Source of the DNA: Epiperipatus broadwayi
Lineage: Eukaryota > Animalia > Onychophora
DNA: 64,000 bases
Direction of reading: 5' to 3'
Assembly: GCA_028023455.1 (NCBI GenBank)
Contig: JAQFVV010000007.1
Span: forward strand, 10,478,001 to 10,542,000
Under the pieces are notes generated by a model. The model saw only the letters and a list, made by a program, of their open reading frames with translations, searched no databases and was not told where the DNA came from. Below, one piece after another: positions 33,741 to 46,329 of this stretch. The position numbers and the translations under genes were made by a program. Position 1 is the first letter of the stretch; each line of letters begins with the position of its first letter.

Positions 33741-33812
33741 GCATTGGTGGCCTAATGGTTAGCATAGCTGCCTTCCAAGCAGCTGGCCTGGGGTTCACTT
33801 CTTAATCAATGC
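33741..33812 (+). pseudogene. tRNA-Gly(TCC)-derived pseudogene or SINE head
   Basis: gcattggtggcctaatggttagcatagctgccttccaagcagc...gggttcacttc...caatgc, followed by the same tttgacatat-A(n) tail as the 11384 copy. Confidence 0.75.
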
Positions 33813-35999
33813 TTTGACATATTAAAAAAAAGAATTACTTTGAGAATGTAATATGATTTTTTAAGCCTTTCAGGCAATAACATTTGTTACAGCAGTTCTA
33901 ATCCCAAAGTACCATTTTTTTAACTGATCATGCTACTTTAAAATAACCCATTGTAATGGTATACATATGCCATTACATTATTTTAAAATTAAAATAAAAA
34001 GGTTGTAAATAAAAATTGATTTATTAAAAAAAAAAAACTTAACTTAAAAACTAAAAATTAAAAGTTATATTGTCACACATATGGGAAACTTTAAAACTAT
34101 TTTTAAAAATAAAAGTATTTGAAAGTATTTTTTTTTTGTAAAAAAAAGTAAAGATTGATATTTTTTAAAATAGAAATAAATGATTTTTATCAGGTTGAAT
34201 CTTGGAAAATGGAAATGATTGTTGTATTAATTAAATGATTGTTTTAAAGCAAACTAGCCCTTGGGGTACTTAAATAATTAAAAAGTCAGATAAGAAAATA
34301 AAAAAATTAGATTGACCAATAGAAGCAGCAACCAATGCTCAGACCATAATGAAAATCATTGGAACAGAAAACCATGTTCAGTGAATCTGGACGATTTGTA
34401 TAAAAAGAAAAATATTCAAATTAAGAACAGTTCCAGCTTGATTTTTTGAGGAGAAGAGTAAAAAGATGCACTTTTAACCCTCTCTCTTATTTCAAATGAA
34501 GTGACTGTTAATTTATGAATGGCACTATTGTAGACCTGAATCATTTGGGTACTGCAATAAAATAGTACCAGGATTGAAACATCTAAGGCCATTTCCGGAA
34601 CAACAGACCAGTCTTCCATAAAAGTATAACCAATAAAGACTTTGTGGGATTTGGCACCAGAAACCAGGAGCTCTTCTACTGTAAAGTATGAACTGTAAAA
34701 TTTTAAAAAGTAATTAAGAACTTTCATCAATACTTGACAGACTTTTAATAATCAACTAAACATAATTTTTAAAATGAACTTTTATCTGACTTATTAAAAT
34801 TTCAAAATCAGTTATTAATGTTTAATTTTATATATTTGGGTTTGCTAATTTAATTGAATCATTTTCATTTTTTTATTAATATGTATTGACTAAATTATTA
34901 AATGTATTAAATTTAAGTTGGGTGTAGATAGCTGCATAGATTCATTAACATTTAGTTATTATTATTTATTTCATATGATTAAAATATATAGATATCGGTA
35001 AATATGACGCCTCATGCTGAGTGTCCAAATGTATTTATTCATATATCTTTTAAGTTATTGGTGTCAATATGGCACCTTATGATGAGTGCCATTGGGTTTA
35101 TTGTAATTTTCTCTCTGCAATTACATCAATAACTTTATATTTTAATTGTTTGTGTCTATTTTGAATGGGTTTAATTTCAGGCTATTTGTCTTGTAGTTAG
35201 GTTGATTCTGGTGGAGGGATATATGGGTGTTTATATCAATGTAATGTGAAGTGTGTTTAGCATACAGGGCAAAGCCCAATTGAATGCATGACCCAAAGAT
35301 GTAGTCATTGTGTTGCAATGGACACAGATGTATTTCCTGCACCATTGACCCTTTCTTAGCTCTATGGATAGGGACTATAAGTTGGCAGATAGACCACTCT
35401 CTTCCATATGTAGCATTTCTCTTTAATTATTGTATATACATGATTCTTTCACCAGACAGACACACATTCCTGTACTGGACAAGGATCATGTCCTTCAAAT
35501 AATATCACACTGTCAGATGCATATTCCTGTCAGCTTGGTTTTATGCTAGCATCTTAATATTGCATTGGTTGCGACTATATATTTGGCAAGCAGGCATTGG
35601 TTTGGCTGTGAACTTTTAGTCTGAGATTGAATGATTGTTTTGAAAAGTTTTAACTGAGTAATCTATGTAGCCTATCTACATGCAATGTTCTGAAGTAAAA
35701 ATATTATTAAAATGTCCATCTGTGTGGATTTTCTAAATAATAAATTAAAATTAATAATATCTAAATTTATTCCTCAAATTTATATATGTGTGTCAATAAA
35801 TGTTTTGTGTGTTAATTACTGGCAGTGGTTTATTTCATTTTTTAAAATATTAATATATTTTGAGAATATAAATCTTTATTAAAACTTATAAGAATTTATA
35901 TTATAAATTATCTCTGCTGCTCCCTGAGCTAGTGGCATGGGCTGACAGTCAGAATAAAACATATATGTAAAAATTAGATCTTAAAAGTACATATCTGCC

Positions 36000-36900
36000 T
36001 ACTATATAAATTTTCCAGGTTCCAATAACCTGGTGGTGCCTTTGTATGGCAGATATGGTAAGACCTCTTTTCCCCTGACCATTATACCATGTAGAAAGAT
36101 AATTTTTTAAAAACTCATATAATTTTGAAATCATGCAAAAAAGAATCATGTAAAAAGACAATTAGGTGTACTTCATCTGCTAATTGTGAACTTGAAAAAA
36201 ATCTATCACAGAAAATAATATAATGCTGTTTTGCAAAATGCGACAAAACTACTGACATCACAACATGAATACCAAGGCATAGACAAGAATGTACATTTCA
36301 TTCTTTACCTGCATAAATCCCATGTGGGATACATAATCATGATCACTATCAACACACACCCATTACTTTAAAGTTCTCTTTATTGGTTTTAAAGGTTCAT
36401 ATTATCACATGGTATTATAGCCAGTAAATTTTGATTGTGTCATCAATTGAAACCACTCTGTACATCTGATATGCAGTCTTAAAATCTATGTTACACTGCT
36501 CTATAATGGGCCTAGATTTATATATAGAGTCAAAGTCAGTATCCTTGGTATTCAAAATTTTTCATTGACACTAAAATGCAGACAAGTTAATAAATTATTA
36601 ACTGTTTCACAAAATAAGTATATCTTCAACTTTGGACTAGAGTCCCAATTGACTGTCAACTGAACTACATAGGCCTTGCATAAAATTCCCAAAATCATAA
36701 CTAAAAATGCAGATTACTTACAATCTGACATATTTTTACAATTACACATTTTCTTCTTTAGTAGTGTATTTATTGATTTCATCATCAACAATTTTATGAG
36801 ACATTTTATATCAAAAAAATAAAAAAGAATATCTAAAATTAAATTCTCACAAGCAATGGGGAATTTCAAACTTGAAGTTTTCATAAAATTGCCTATATTC
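36000..36900 (-). mobile_element. piggyBac transposase relic, N-terminal and central part
   Basis: LHFS.N, D.IYKSRPII, VSIDD, PLKPIK..LK*WVC.D, IYAGK, IFCDRFFSS. Confidence 0.8.
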
Positions 36901-39729
36901 TTCTATTGTTTCATTAAGTTAGATGGCATATTAGTAATTTTTGAGATGAAAAGACTGATCTATGATTAACTTCAGCAGGTACATAATGTTTATTTTTTTT
37001 TTACATTTTTACTAGCAATGAAACATTTTCTTCTGAAGACAAATGAGGATTAGACAATTGATTTGAATTATTGAATTATAAAATCTTCACAATCAAAAGT
37101 TCTACAAATTGAGAAATCTTCAGTGCTAAAATCTGTTTCTGAATACATTTTTTCAGTTAAAAAGATGAACGTGTTTTTGATTTGTATAATCTAAAAAACT
37201 GTGGGTGGGGGAATTAAGTAGTTATTGTGTATGTGTGTGGGAATTTAATAAACTTATTAAAAATCTTAAATAACCCAATATTTGTTAGAAATAAACATGT
37301 CATAATCTGTCAAAAGAAGCAAAACAACCACAGAGAATAACAATGTTGCTGCATGTGTAGCCCATTTAATTTTCCAAAATTTTTAAAATGAAGACAAAGA
37401 AATTATTATTTTATAAAAATTAGTGATGTATCTATGCTATCAGAAACTGTTAAACTAAAATACATAAAAAGATTAATTTGATAACTTTCATGTTTATTGA
37501 GAATCATTGGATATTTTTCTCAGAAAAAGCATGGTTGTTCTGCTTTAGGCCACTATTTTAATATTATTGTAAGTGATATTAATGTAAGTTTATTTTATAA
37601 AGTAGATTCTTCCATAATGCTTTTATTTGAAAAAAATATTAATAGGTCAATATCTTATAGACAGTCAGGTAACATCTAAGACTTAATTGTTTACAACAAA
37701 AATATCACCTAGAGGGAGTTCATTTCCCCCTTGCTTAGTTTTCATATAAAGATTTTGGAATAAAAAATATGATTTTTTGCTTGTTTATAAAATATTTTTC
37801 ATTATTTTACACCCTAATTGTTATTTAAAACAAAAATAAATATACACACACCCTTATAGTTTGTTCAGTTATCTTTTATTTTTTGAAATAGAAATTAATA
37901 AACTTGACTATACTATAAAGAAATAAAACCACAATGTCTATAACATCATTATCTAATAGAATTGACAAGATGTTAAAATCTCTTCAAATACTGTTATAAT
38001 TATAAAGTAAATATCAGATTTTTAAAACAGAATTTGATTTTATAGATTTGTCATAAATAAATGTGTTTTTGTTCACATAAATAAAAAAAACTTAAAATAG
38101 AAATGTCATTTATTTTTTGAGAATTTACTTTCAGAGCAATGTATGACCTTCTGTACATCTTTGTTTATATTTACAAGTCACTTTTTAAATATCAGTTTAT
38201 ACTGAAGTGAAAGGTGAGCATTTATAAAAAGGCATGACAGATGAAACACATGAAAAATCAGAACTCAAGAGGATTTATATTTTTTCATTGGATGGTTATG
38301 GTACTACTGGTAAAAATATTAAATTTAAAAATCAGAATTGTTTTATTTGCCTTATAGTTTGTGATGATGGCATATTAGATGGGATCATATGTTGACTATT
38401 TCCATCATTTATCTTAAATGTTGAATGTATAAAAAATTTAATCTTTATTTACACTTTTTAAATACAAACAACTTTTAGTAATAACACACAAATAGACAAC
38501 ACAGGCTAGTAATTATATAGTATTTCAAGTAGTATTACTGTCTATTCTTTTTCAGATGTTTGAGAATAATACTATTCAAAATGGTTATCTGTTTGTGTGT
38601 TATTTCTAAAAAGTTGTTTGTATTTGAAAAGTTTAAATAAAGTTTAAAATTTCCTAGACATTCAACATTTAATGGTAGATTATGGGAACAGTCCAACATA
38701 TTATCATATTTGTTTTAATTTAGTTTGTAAAGCTTGAAACTTTTTTTATTCAGACTATTAAAACTAAATAAATTCTGGTTAAAATACTATTTATAATTTT
38801 TTTAAAAATGATAAAAATAAATCTGCTGTGATCAATATGAATGCACTCTTGTTTAGCCAATTTTAAGTTGTGATCATACATTAATGATTTCTTTGACTTT
38901 TGAAAGTAAATATTTTCTATTAAAATGTGAATCTAATCACATTATTCTTCTAAAACAAAAATGAGTATGCTCAAATCCCTTGCAAATGCTTTTGTGTAGA
39001 GAGAATTATAAACAACCATTCAGAGGCATTATTTGGTTATTGACATTTTGTAAAATAAATCTCTTAACAATACTGCCGCTTTCAGATTTTTTTTGAATTA
39101 ATAAATTAACAATATTTTAGTTCCAGTTTTTACCACCAAATGAATGTAATTCCAGCAAAATAGAAAATAGTTCTAAAGATGGTGTCAAGAGAGTGGTTAA
39201 AAATATAGCATGGCAATGCTATCACATATATTGCAAAACCATGCAATTAAAAATTGGTTAATTAATAATTTTTTTTACAACTTCATTAGAGAAAAAACTG
39301 ATGTAGATTTTTTTATAGGGTAGTGTTTGATATATTTTGATCTATTATGAACACTTTTTGTGAATTGTATTCATTTAAAATACAGGAAACTGCATTGTAT
39401 AATTTAGATCAATAATAGAGTCATGAATTTTGGAGCTCAATTCCATGGAATATGACTTCAGTTCTCTTATTTTTGGTACAAACTCTGAGCAATAAACAAT
39501 TTGTTTATCTTATTTTTAAACACAGGAACTTTTACATTTCTCATGTCACAGGTATTCCACAGATCATTAGAAAATATTAATCATGCATATATTTATATCT
39601 TTTTTCATCTCCTTGATTGATTGCATATGTCTATGTAACATTTAATACATTTTTATAGTCATTTTTTATGTTTCAGTAATTTTAATTTCTTCATAATATT
39701 TTTCAATTACAAGATTTGAAAGATAAAGA

Positions 39730-39770
39730 AATTCTGATGAAGACTGAAGTTCAGTTGAAACTATAAGAAA
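39730..39770 (+). ncRNA. Isolated hammerhead motif
   Basis: att CTGATGA a GACTGA agt TCAGTT GAAAC tata agaa; core intact, stems I and III weak. Confidence 0.55.
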
Positions 39771-40074
39771 ATATTGTCAAAAAGTAAAAATTACCACATT
39801 GTAAAAAGAAACAATAATAGGAAGTGTATTAAATGGTATTTGATATTTTATCTTTTGTATTAGTTTTTTTTAGCAAGAACAAATTAAGTACTATATATTA
39901 TAATCATGTCCAAGATCTGTGGTAGAAAACTCATAACCAGAGGTCTTACAAAACATAGCATGGAGATATTTATTTACTATATTACTTTTATCAATATGTT
40001 TTATTGAGATAACACAAGGGAATGATTTACATGGTAAAAAGAATGATTTAACTTTATTTAAATTTTCAATTACA

Positions 40075-40560
40075 TCCAACTATTAGTAATATCACACAGG
40101 TTAGTATATGCACAATATCTTGAGAGGTATTATTGTCCTCTTTTCTTCAGATGTTGCTGGCATGACAAATGACAGTATTAGTATGGCAATTGAATTGGGA
40201 TATTTAGATAAATGAATATTGAATTTCAAGATAACATTCTAACTACCTGATTCATTCTGCCACATTGGTTAGAGCATTACTTTAAAATTCAATATTCAGG
40301 AATCTAAGGGTCCAGGTTTGATTCTCACACTAGTTCCGTCACTGGTCAGGCCAGCACTACTTGAAAAAGAAAAGATAATAATACCACTTGAAATATTGTG
40401 CATATACTAATCTGTGTGCTATTACTAACAGCTGAATGTAATAAAAAAATGATGTGGCATTAAATTTTTCTGAAGACATTCAATACTTAATATCAGATGA
40501 TGGACATAGTCCAATATATAAATACAACTAAAATACCATCATCAGATACCTTCAGGAAAA
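40075..40560. mobile_element. ORF-less family K head-to-head pair (tRNA-like head, HHR, tail)
   Basis: Minus arm starts GGCAGAATG at 40261; plus arm starts in the D-arm at 40262. HHRs at 40111-40153 (minus) and about 40345-40390 (plus, degenerate). Confidence 0.8.
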
Positions 40561-41558
40561 CACAATAAAAATAAGGACCTTTACAGCTGATCTTATGTCA
40601 ATGGTAAACGACCACACACACTAAAATTGAGAATAGGAGGAATGCTCATAGATAATTTAGAGATATTTCTGTTAATGATTGTCTTTGTTAGGATATCCTT
40701 ATTGATTGAAATGTCACATTAAATTCATTATTTATGAGTCTGAAGGTCATCATTTCAATCTCATATTAGTAGTATCCCTGTTCAAGTCAACACCTAAAGA
40801 AAACAATTAATAGATTTAATTTTTTGTGTCCTTGCATTATTTTAAATAATGAAATATATTTTGAGAATTATAAATTTTTTTTTTTTAAAAAAAAATCATT
40901 TACTTCAATTAGATGGTGGATATTGTTGAATCTAAAATATATTTCTATTCACTGAACAATCAATATTATTTATGATAATTCACAAGTCAAATTCCTAAAG
41001 AATCATTTAAACAAACTTGTAAATAAGACCCATCTTTTTTTCTATTATCAATGGGAATATATGTGTCAGATATAAAATGACCACTTTTATCTAACATTGA
41101 AATAAATCAAGCAAGAGAAAATCATTATATTACATGTCACCAAAAATCAGATAGTCTTATATCAAAGAGAGCTAATTAACCAAAATACATATTTGTGAAC
41201 TCCTAACTTTTAATTCCAAAATCTATTTCTCTACCAGTGTTCTAAAGCTCAGAAAAAATCAAATAATTTTCCTGAAAGTTAATATGGTTTTGAAGTTTCA
41301 CAATTAATTGTATGATCTTGGGTTCAAGGATCTTTAGTTTTTTCACTTGTTCATTTATCAACTGTGCCAAAAGTAGCTCTTCTATAGTGAAGAATTCCAT
41401 ATTTTTCAAAAATTATACCTTTTGTTCACTTCAATAATAGTTGTAGCTATTTTATTCATATATATATAGGCTGTTTGTCTTTTGCTATATTTACCATTTT
41501 TGTTCACATATGTTGCTCTTCTATCTTTTATTTTATTATTCCAATACTTATAGCTAAT

Positions 41559-42620
41559 TGTTAAAACAGGCAAAACTCACTATACATATTGCCACACACA
41601 GCAAGATAGAGTAATCAATGGATGCCAGAAGGCTAGTGCATAAAATCCCCAACTAGTGCCTACTCATCCAAAATCCCCAGACTAGTTTCTGGCTTGTGGT
41701 CTTCATCAATGAGGAGCCTTGGATCTGAGAGCACTGCACCTAGATTTTAGGATTTAATGCAACCCTCCACTTAAACTACAAAACCAAGTCTTAAATTGAA
41801 AACACCTTAATGTTTTTAATCCAAGCCCATTAGATTATATAGTCATATGGGTCTGAACTAGGTTCAGTACCCATACATTATGGTGTCTTTGGTTTTTTAA
41901 TAACCATATCCATCATTGTCCTATTAGGCAGGATTGGTTTTAAGCCAATAAACATCACATGACCACCATTTCTTATGCTTGTGTATAACTGTTGTTAAAA
42001 GATGCAAAACTCACTATACGTATTGTCACATGCAGCAAGCTAAAGTAACCAATAGATGCCAGAAGGTTTGTGCATAAAATCCCCATCTAGTGCCTACTCA
42101 ATCAATATCCCCAGACTAGTTTTTGGCTTGTGGCCTTCATGAGTGAGGAGCCTTGAATTTGAGAGCGCTGACAAAGGCCACAAGCCAGAATTTAGTCTAG
42201 GGATATTGGATGTGTAGGCTCTAGATGGGGATTTTATGCACAAGCCTTCTAACATCTATTTATTACTCTAGCTTGCTGTGTGTGGCAATGTGTATAGTGA
42301 GTTTTGTTTGTTTTAACAACAGTTATACACAAGCATAAGAAGTGATGGTCATGTGATGTTTATTGGCTTAAAACCAATCCTGCCTAATAGGATAGTGGTG
42401 GCTATGGTTATTAAAAAACCAAAGACACCAAAATGTATGGGTACTGAACTGAGTTCAGGCCCATATGACTATATAAGCTAATGGGCTTGGATTGAAAACA
42501 TTAAGGTGTTTTCAGTTTAAGACTCTAGTTTTCTAGTTAAGTGGAGATAAAAGGTGGCTGCTGGAAAGTTGCATTAGATCCTAAGATCTAGGTGAAGTGG
42601 TGGTCATGTAATGTTTATTG
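41559..42620. mobile_element. Family A retrozyme-like palindromic insertion with three HHRs
   Basis: TSD ACTTATAGCTAAT at 41546-41558 and 42621-42633. HHRs at 41674-41716 (minus), 42109-42148 (minus) and 42168-42202 (plus). Inverted arms about 41737-42142 and 42175-42594. Confidence 0.9.
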
Positions 42621-42773
42621 ACTTATAGCTAATCTTTTCTTTATTTTCATCTATAGTCTTTTTATTTTTTCTTCATATATATATATATATATTTTCTATG
42701 TTCATGTACTTTATCTCATTTTTATATTTATGTAATACTCAAAGCTAATTCTTTTTTTTTATATTATAATCAA

Positions 42774-43712
42774 TGTTTTTTGAAAGTTTTTGGATGGTAT
42801 TTTAGTAAGTTATATGTTGGATTATTTCCATATTTTAGTGTTAAGTGTTAAATGTCTTTAGAAAAATTCAAACTTTATTTAAACTTTTTAAATATATTCA
42901 AATGTAAGTTATAACATACAGGTTAATATCATCATCATCAATCATTATCAATTCACTGCAGGATGAAGTCTCTCCAAGTTCAATTCACTTTCTCTGATCT
43001 TTAATTACTCTTCTCCACATCACCTCTGCACACTTTTTTATTTCATCCATCCACCTCACATGTGGTCTCTTTCTGGGTCTTTTACCATCTCTTGGAATCC
43101 AGTTTGAGATTTCAATTGTCCATCTATTATCATCTCTTCTAGCAATATGTCCAGCCCAACTCCACTTCAGTTTTTTAATTTTTTCAATGAGGTCAATAAC
43201 ACCTGTTTGATCTCTTACCCATATATTGCATTTTCGATCTCTTCTTGTTATTCCTAACATGCATCTCTCCATACTTCCTTGAGTGATCTGAAGTATTTGT
43301 ATTGCTCTTTTATTAAATATATAACACAACATTTTGAGTGATAATATTTTTTTTTAGATGTTGCTGGTCATATTAGTGACAGAATTAGTCTGGGAATCAA
43401 ACCTGGAACGTTATACTCAAAAGAATATTATATTTTAAGATACCACACTAACCAGTATTAGACAGAATCGCCTAATTAGTTAGAGCATCACATTAAATTC
43501 AATATTCATGAATATAAAACACCAAGTTCGATTTCTATGCCAGCGATGTAAATGATCAGACAAGCAACATCTAAAATACTATTCAAAACATTGTGTTACA
43601 TACTAATCTGTATGCCTTTACTAATAGATAAATGTATGTAAAAAGTTTACATTTTTCTAAACACAATTAGCAGTTAATATTAGATGACGGAAATAATCCA
43701 ACATATAATTAT
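42774..43712. mobile_element. ORF-less family K head-to-head pair with a nested RTE fragment
   Basis: TSD TATTATAATCAA at 42762-42773 and 43713-43724; plus arm starts GACAGAATCG (tRNA +1) at 43461. Confidence 0.75.
42928..43315 (-). mobile_element. RTE 3' fragment with (GAT)n tail
   Basis: ORF 42985-43332 SMERCMLGITRRDRK...KWSWAGHIARR...RPRKRPHVRWMDEI. Confidence 0.92.
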
Positions 43713-44282
43713 TATTATAATCAACTTCTTTGCCTTTCTATCTCTTTTTTCGTATTTTTGATATTATCTTCAAACTCTCTTTTCACTTATCCTTTTAGAT
43801 TTAAATAATGTGTCAGTGTGTGTGTGTGTTTTTTTATAAATTTTTTTATAAAATTTTTTTTAGTTTATTTACTTTTTTTCTTACTTTTATATTGCTAATC
43901 TTTTTTCTCTTGCTGACTCAGCGTTTCCATTCTGTTCCAAATCCAAATCTTTAGAGCCTCCTATCTTTTTTTAAGGTCCTCAATCTTTAAGTAGAAGCTG
44001 GGCTCAAATAAAACATTTAACCAGCTTTTTGTAAAACTAATTTTATTAGGTTATAAAACGAATTCCTACTTTTATTAAAAAACTATATATCTAATTACAT
44101 TTAATATTTTTTATTGCTATTCTAATTTTAAATAATAATTGATTCTCAGATGTATATATATATTTGTTATTTATAAAGTTAATCAATTAATATATATATA
44201 TATTTGCTCTGCACACAGATATATATTTGCTCTGCACACAGATAACTAATTAAATAGGATTTTAATATATTTTTATATTAAG

Positions 44283-44700
44283 ATGCAGCCCTTTTGCTTC
44301 TACTTACTTTTTAACATTAATAATTTTCTTTTTCGACCGAATCACATTTTCTTTTTATCTGTTTCATTAGAAAAGCTAAAGGAAAAGGTATTTCGTGCTT
44401 CCAATGATAAAATGCAAAGTCGATTTATCTTATTAGAGATTTTGACTTTTAATGTTAAAAATGTGCTAACTGAATGATTCAGAGATAACAATTCGTAGTC
44501 AAGTGTCACATTGATTATACTGTAACTGGTTGCGAATCTCTTTCTGGTCTGTTAGTGGAAGTAAGAATCTTGAGCTCCTATTGCTGTCTGTACGCTCTCA
44601 CCCGCATTCTCTGACAGTCAAGAGAGGAATATTAAACAGGAGTGGAAAGCGGGAGGATATTTTTATATGTATACATATTTACTTGAGATGTTTTCTCAAT
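44283..44700. promoter_or_regulatory. CpG-retaining candidate promoter with donor-like GAA|GTAAGA at 44570-44576
   Basis: About 9 CpGs in non-repeat DNA; AP-1-like TGACTCA near 43914 upstream. Confidence 0.3.
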
Positions 44701-45075
44701 TATGATAAATTAATATGTTTATAGGTTGTTTCTTCTCATTCATCTTCAGTATATGTCATTTATCAAAGTAATCTGTTTTGTAAAATCTAGATAATAAAGC
44801 CACTGTCAAAGTGTTTGAGATTGAGGATTAGAGTGACAAGTGTTTCTATAACAAATCCTATTATTCTTCCATAACTGGAAAAACCTAATCAGTTAATGTC
44901 AAGGAATGAGTAAATCACACCGCACTGCTAAGACTTTAAGAAAATATCTGTAAAAAATTTTTTTTAACTATTGTTATTGATATTAATATCGTAATAATTA
45001 TTTTATTGTAATTGAATAATGTATTTATAAAGCTGTTTTCTGTATGGCCACTGAAAAAATAAATTATTTTCTTTT

Positions 45076-45155
45076 CATGTGTCATAGCATCGGCCGGAAA
45101 GCAAATCTGCTAACCCGGGACAACTGCTTGTAAGGCAGCTGTGCTGACCACTCGA
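45076..45155 (-). pseudogene. 5'-truncated copy of the tRNA-Gly-derived TAC repeat
   Basis: tcgagtggtcagcacagctgccttacaagcagttgtcccgggttagcagatttgctttccggccgatgctatgacaca matches 11551-11630. Confidence 0.7.
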
Positions 45156-46149
45156 TTTCTTTTAGTCAGTCATATATTAACTCAAAATAGTTTGCATCCC
45201 TTAATTAAGAATATAAAAAGTATATTAACATAATAAAGGTGTTCCTTGGAGAAGAGTAAGATGATGAAAGCTGTCAGGGTGAAAATATGTGTTGAGATTC
45301 AAGAGTTCGATGTTTCGATTATATGAAAAATGGTGTTTGTTTGTGCTAATCCATGCATAATTTTGAAGATTGTTCTAAGTTTTTGCAGTGGTGGTGATTA
45401 CAATGTGATGGGGTTGAGATAAAGTAGGCACCAATAAACTGAAACATATTAGCATGATATATTTATTTTTTACCATTTATTATTTCACGGTGTTGGCTTT
45501 TGTATTTGTTTCTTTATCATCATTGTCTCTTAAATATGAAAATCCATTGCCAATGAGCAAGTCTTTATGCTAATAGTACTGCTTTTAATATTTCTTATAG
45601 CCAGAAATAGGCTTCTCATCATTATTATATCAACTGTCTTTTTTTTTTTTTTTTGCATTTGATTATGTTTTATATGATTAGGTACTTAGTCATGACATCG
45701 ATTCTAGGCACATCATTTTCATTATCTCAGAGCCTTTTTGTTTTTATATAATGCAGCTCTAAACTTGAACTACTAAGCTAATTTGTGATAAATGAATAGA
45801 AAATTAATGGTAAACTATAATTGATAATTGTGATAATGAAAGTGGTATTGTTTGCTATAGTGCTTTACTTAGAAAACATAACACATAAATTGTTATAATA
45901 TGCTGCTTTAAGAGCATGAAAAACGAAGGCAAGTGGAAACAGTAAATATCATTGAATTATTAATAAAAATAATAATAAACATCCACACTTACAACACAAG
46001 TATGGCCATTCTAACTCAAAGGAAGAGAGAGAAAGAGATAAAATTGGTCTGGGAATGAGTTTTGGGATAACTATATAAATCACTCTGTGAAACATAAATA
46101 CATCAACATACAGAACCCATTGCTCCAAGTTTCTCTTTCCCTGAAATTT

Positions 46150-46320
46150 TATCAAAACAGGCAAAACTCTCTATATGTATTGCCAGTCAGTGCAAACCAG
46201 AGTAATCAATGGATTCCAGAAGACTTGTAGATAAAATCCTTATCTATTGCCTACTCATCCAGTATCCCCAGACTAGTTTCTGTCTTGTGGCCTTTATTAG
46301 TGAGGAGCCTTGGATCTGAT
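46150..46320 (-). mobile_element. Family A copy with degenerate HHR at 46266-46306
   Basis: cctca CTAATAA a GGC cacaa GAC a GAA ACTAGT C tgggg. Confidence 0.75.
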
Positions 46321-46329
46321 ATTTTATAA

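Noticed and set aside
34416-34730. 104-aa minus ORF as a host exon (vague chitinase-like look)
   Set aside because: No conserved motif and weak donor; lies inside the piggyBac gap; the plus strand gives an equally weak endonuclease-like hint.
35000-35100. Two CT(C/T)ATG(C/A)TGAGTG motifs as hammerhead halves
   Set aside because: No GAAA or stem II partner.
35180-35620. Cys-rich-looking stretch as a toxin or knuckle gene
   Set aside because: Many stops in all frames; possibly a decayed Gypsy integrase tail, but unsupported.
45255-45290. ATGATGA...GAAA motif
   Set aside because: A3 with G8 cannot pair and there is no stem II.
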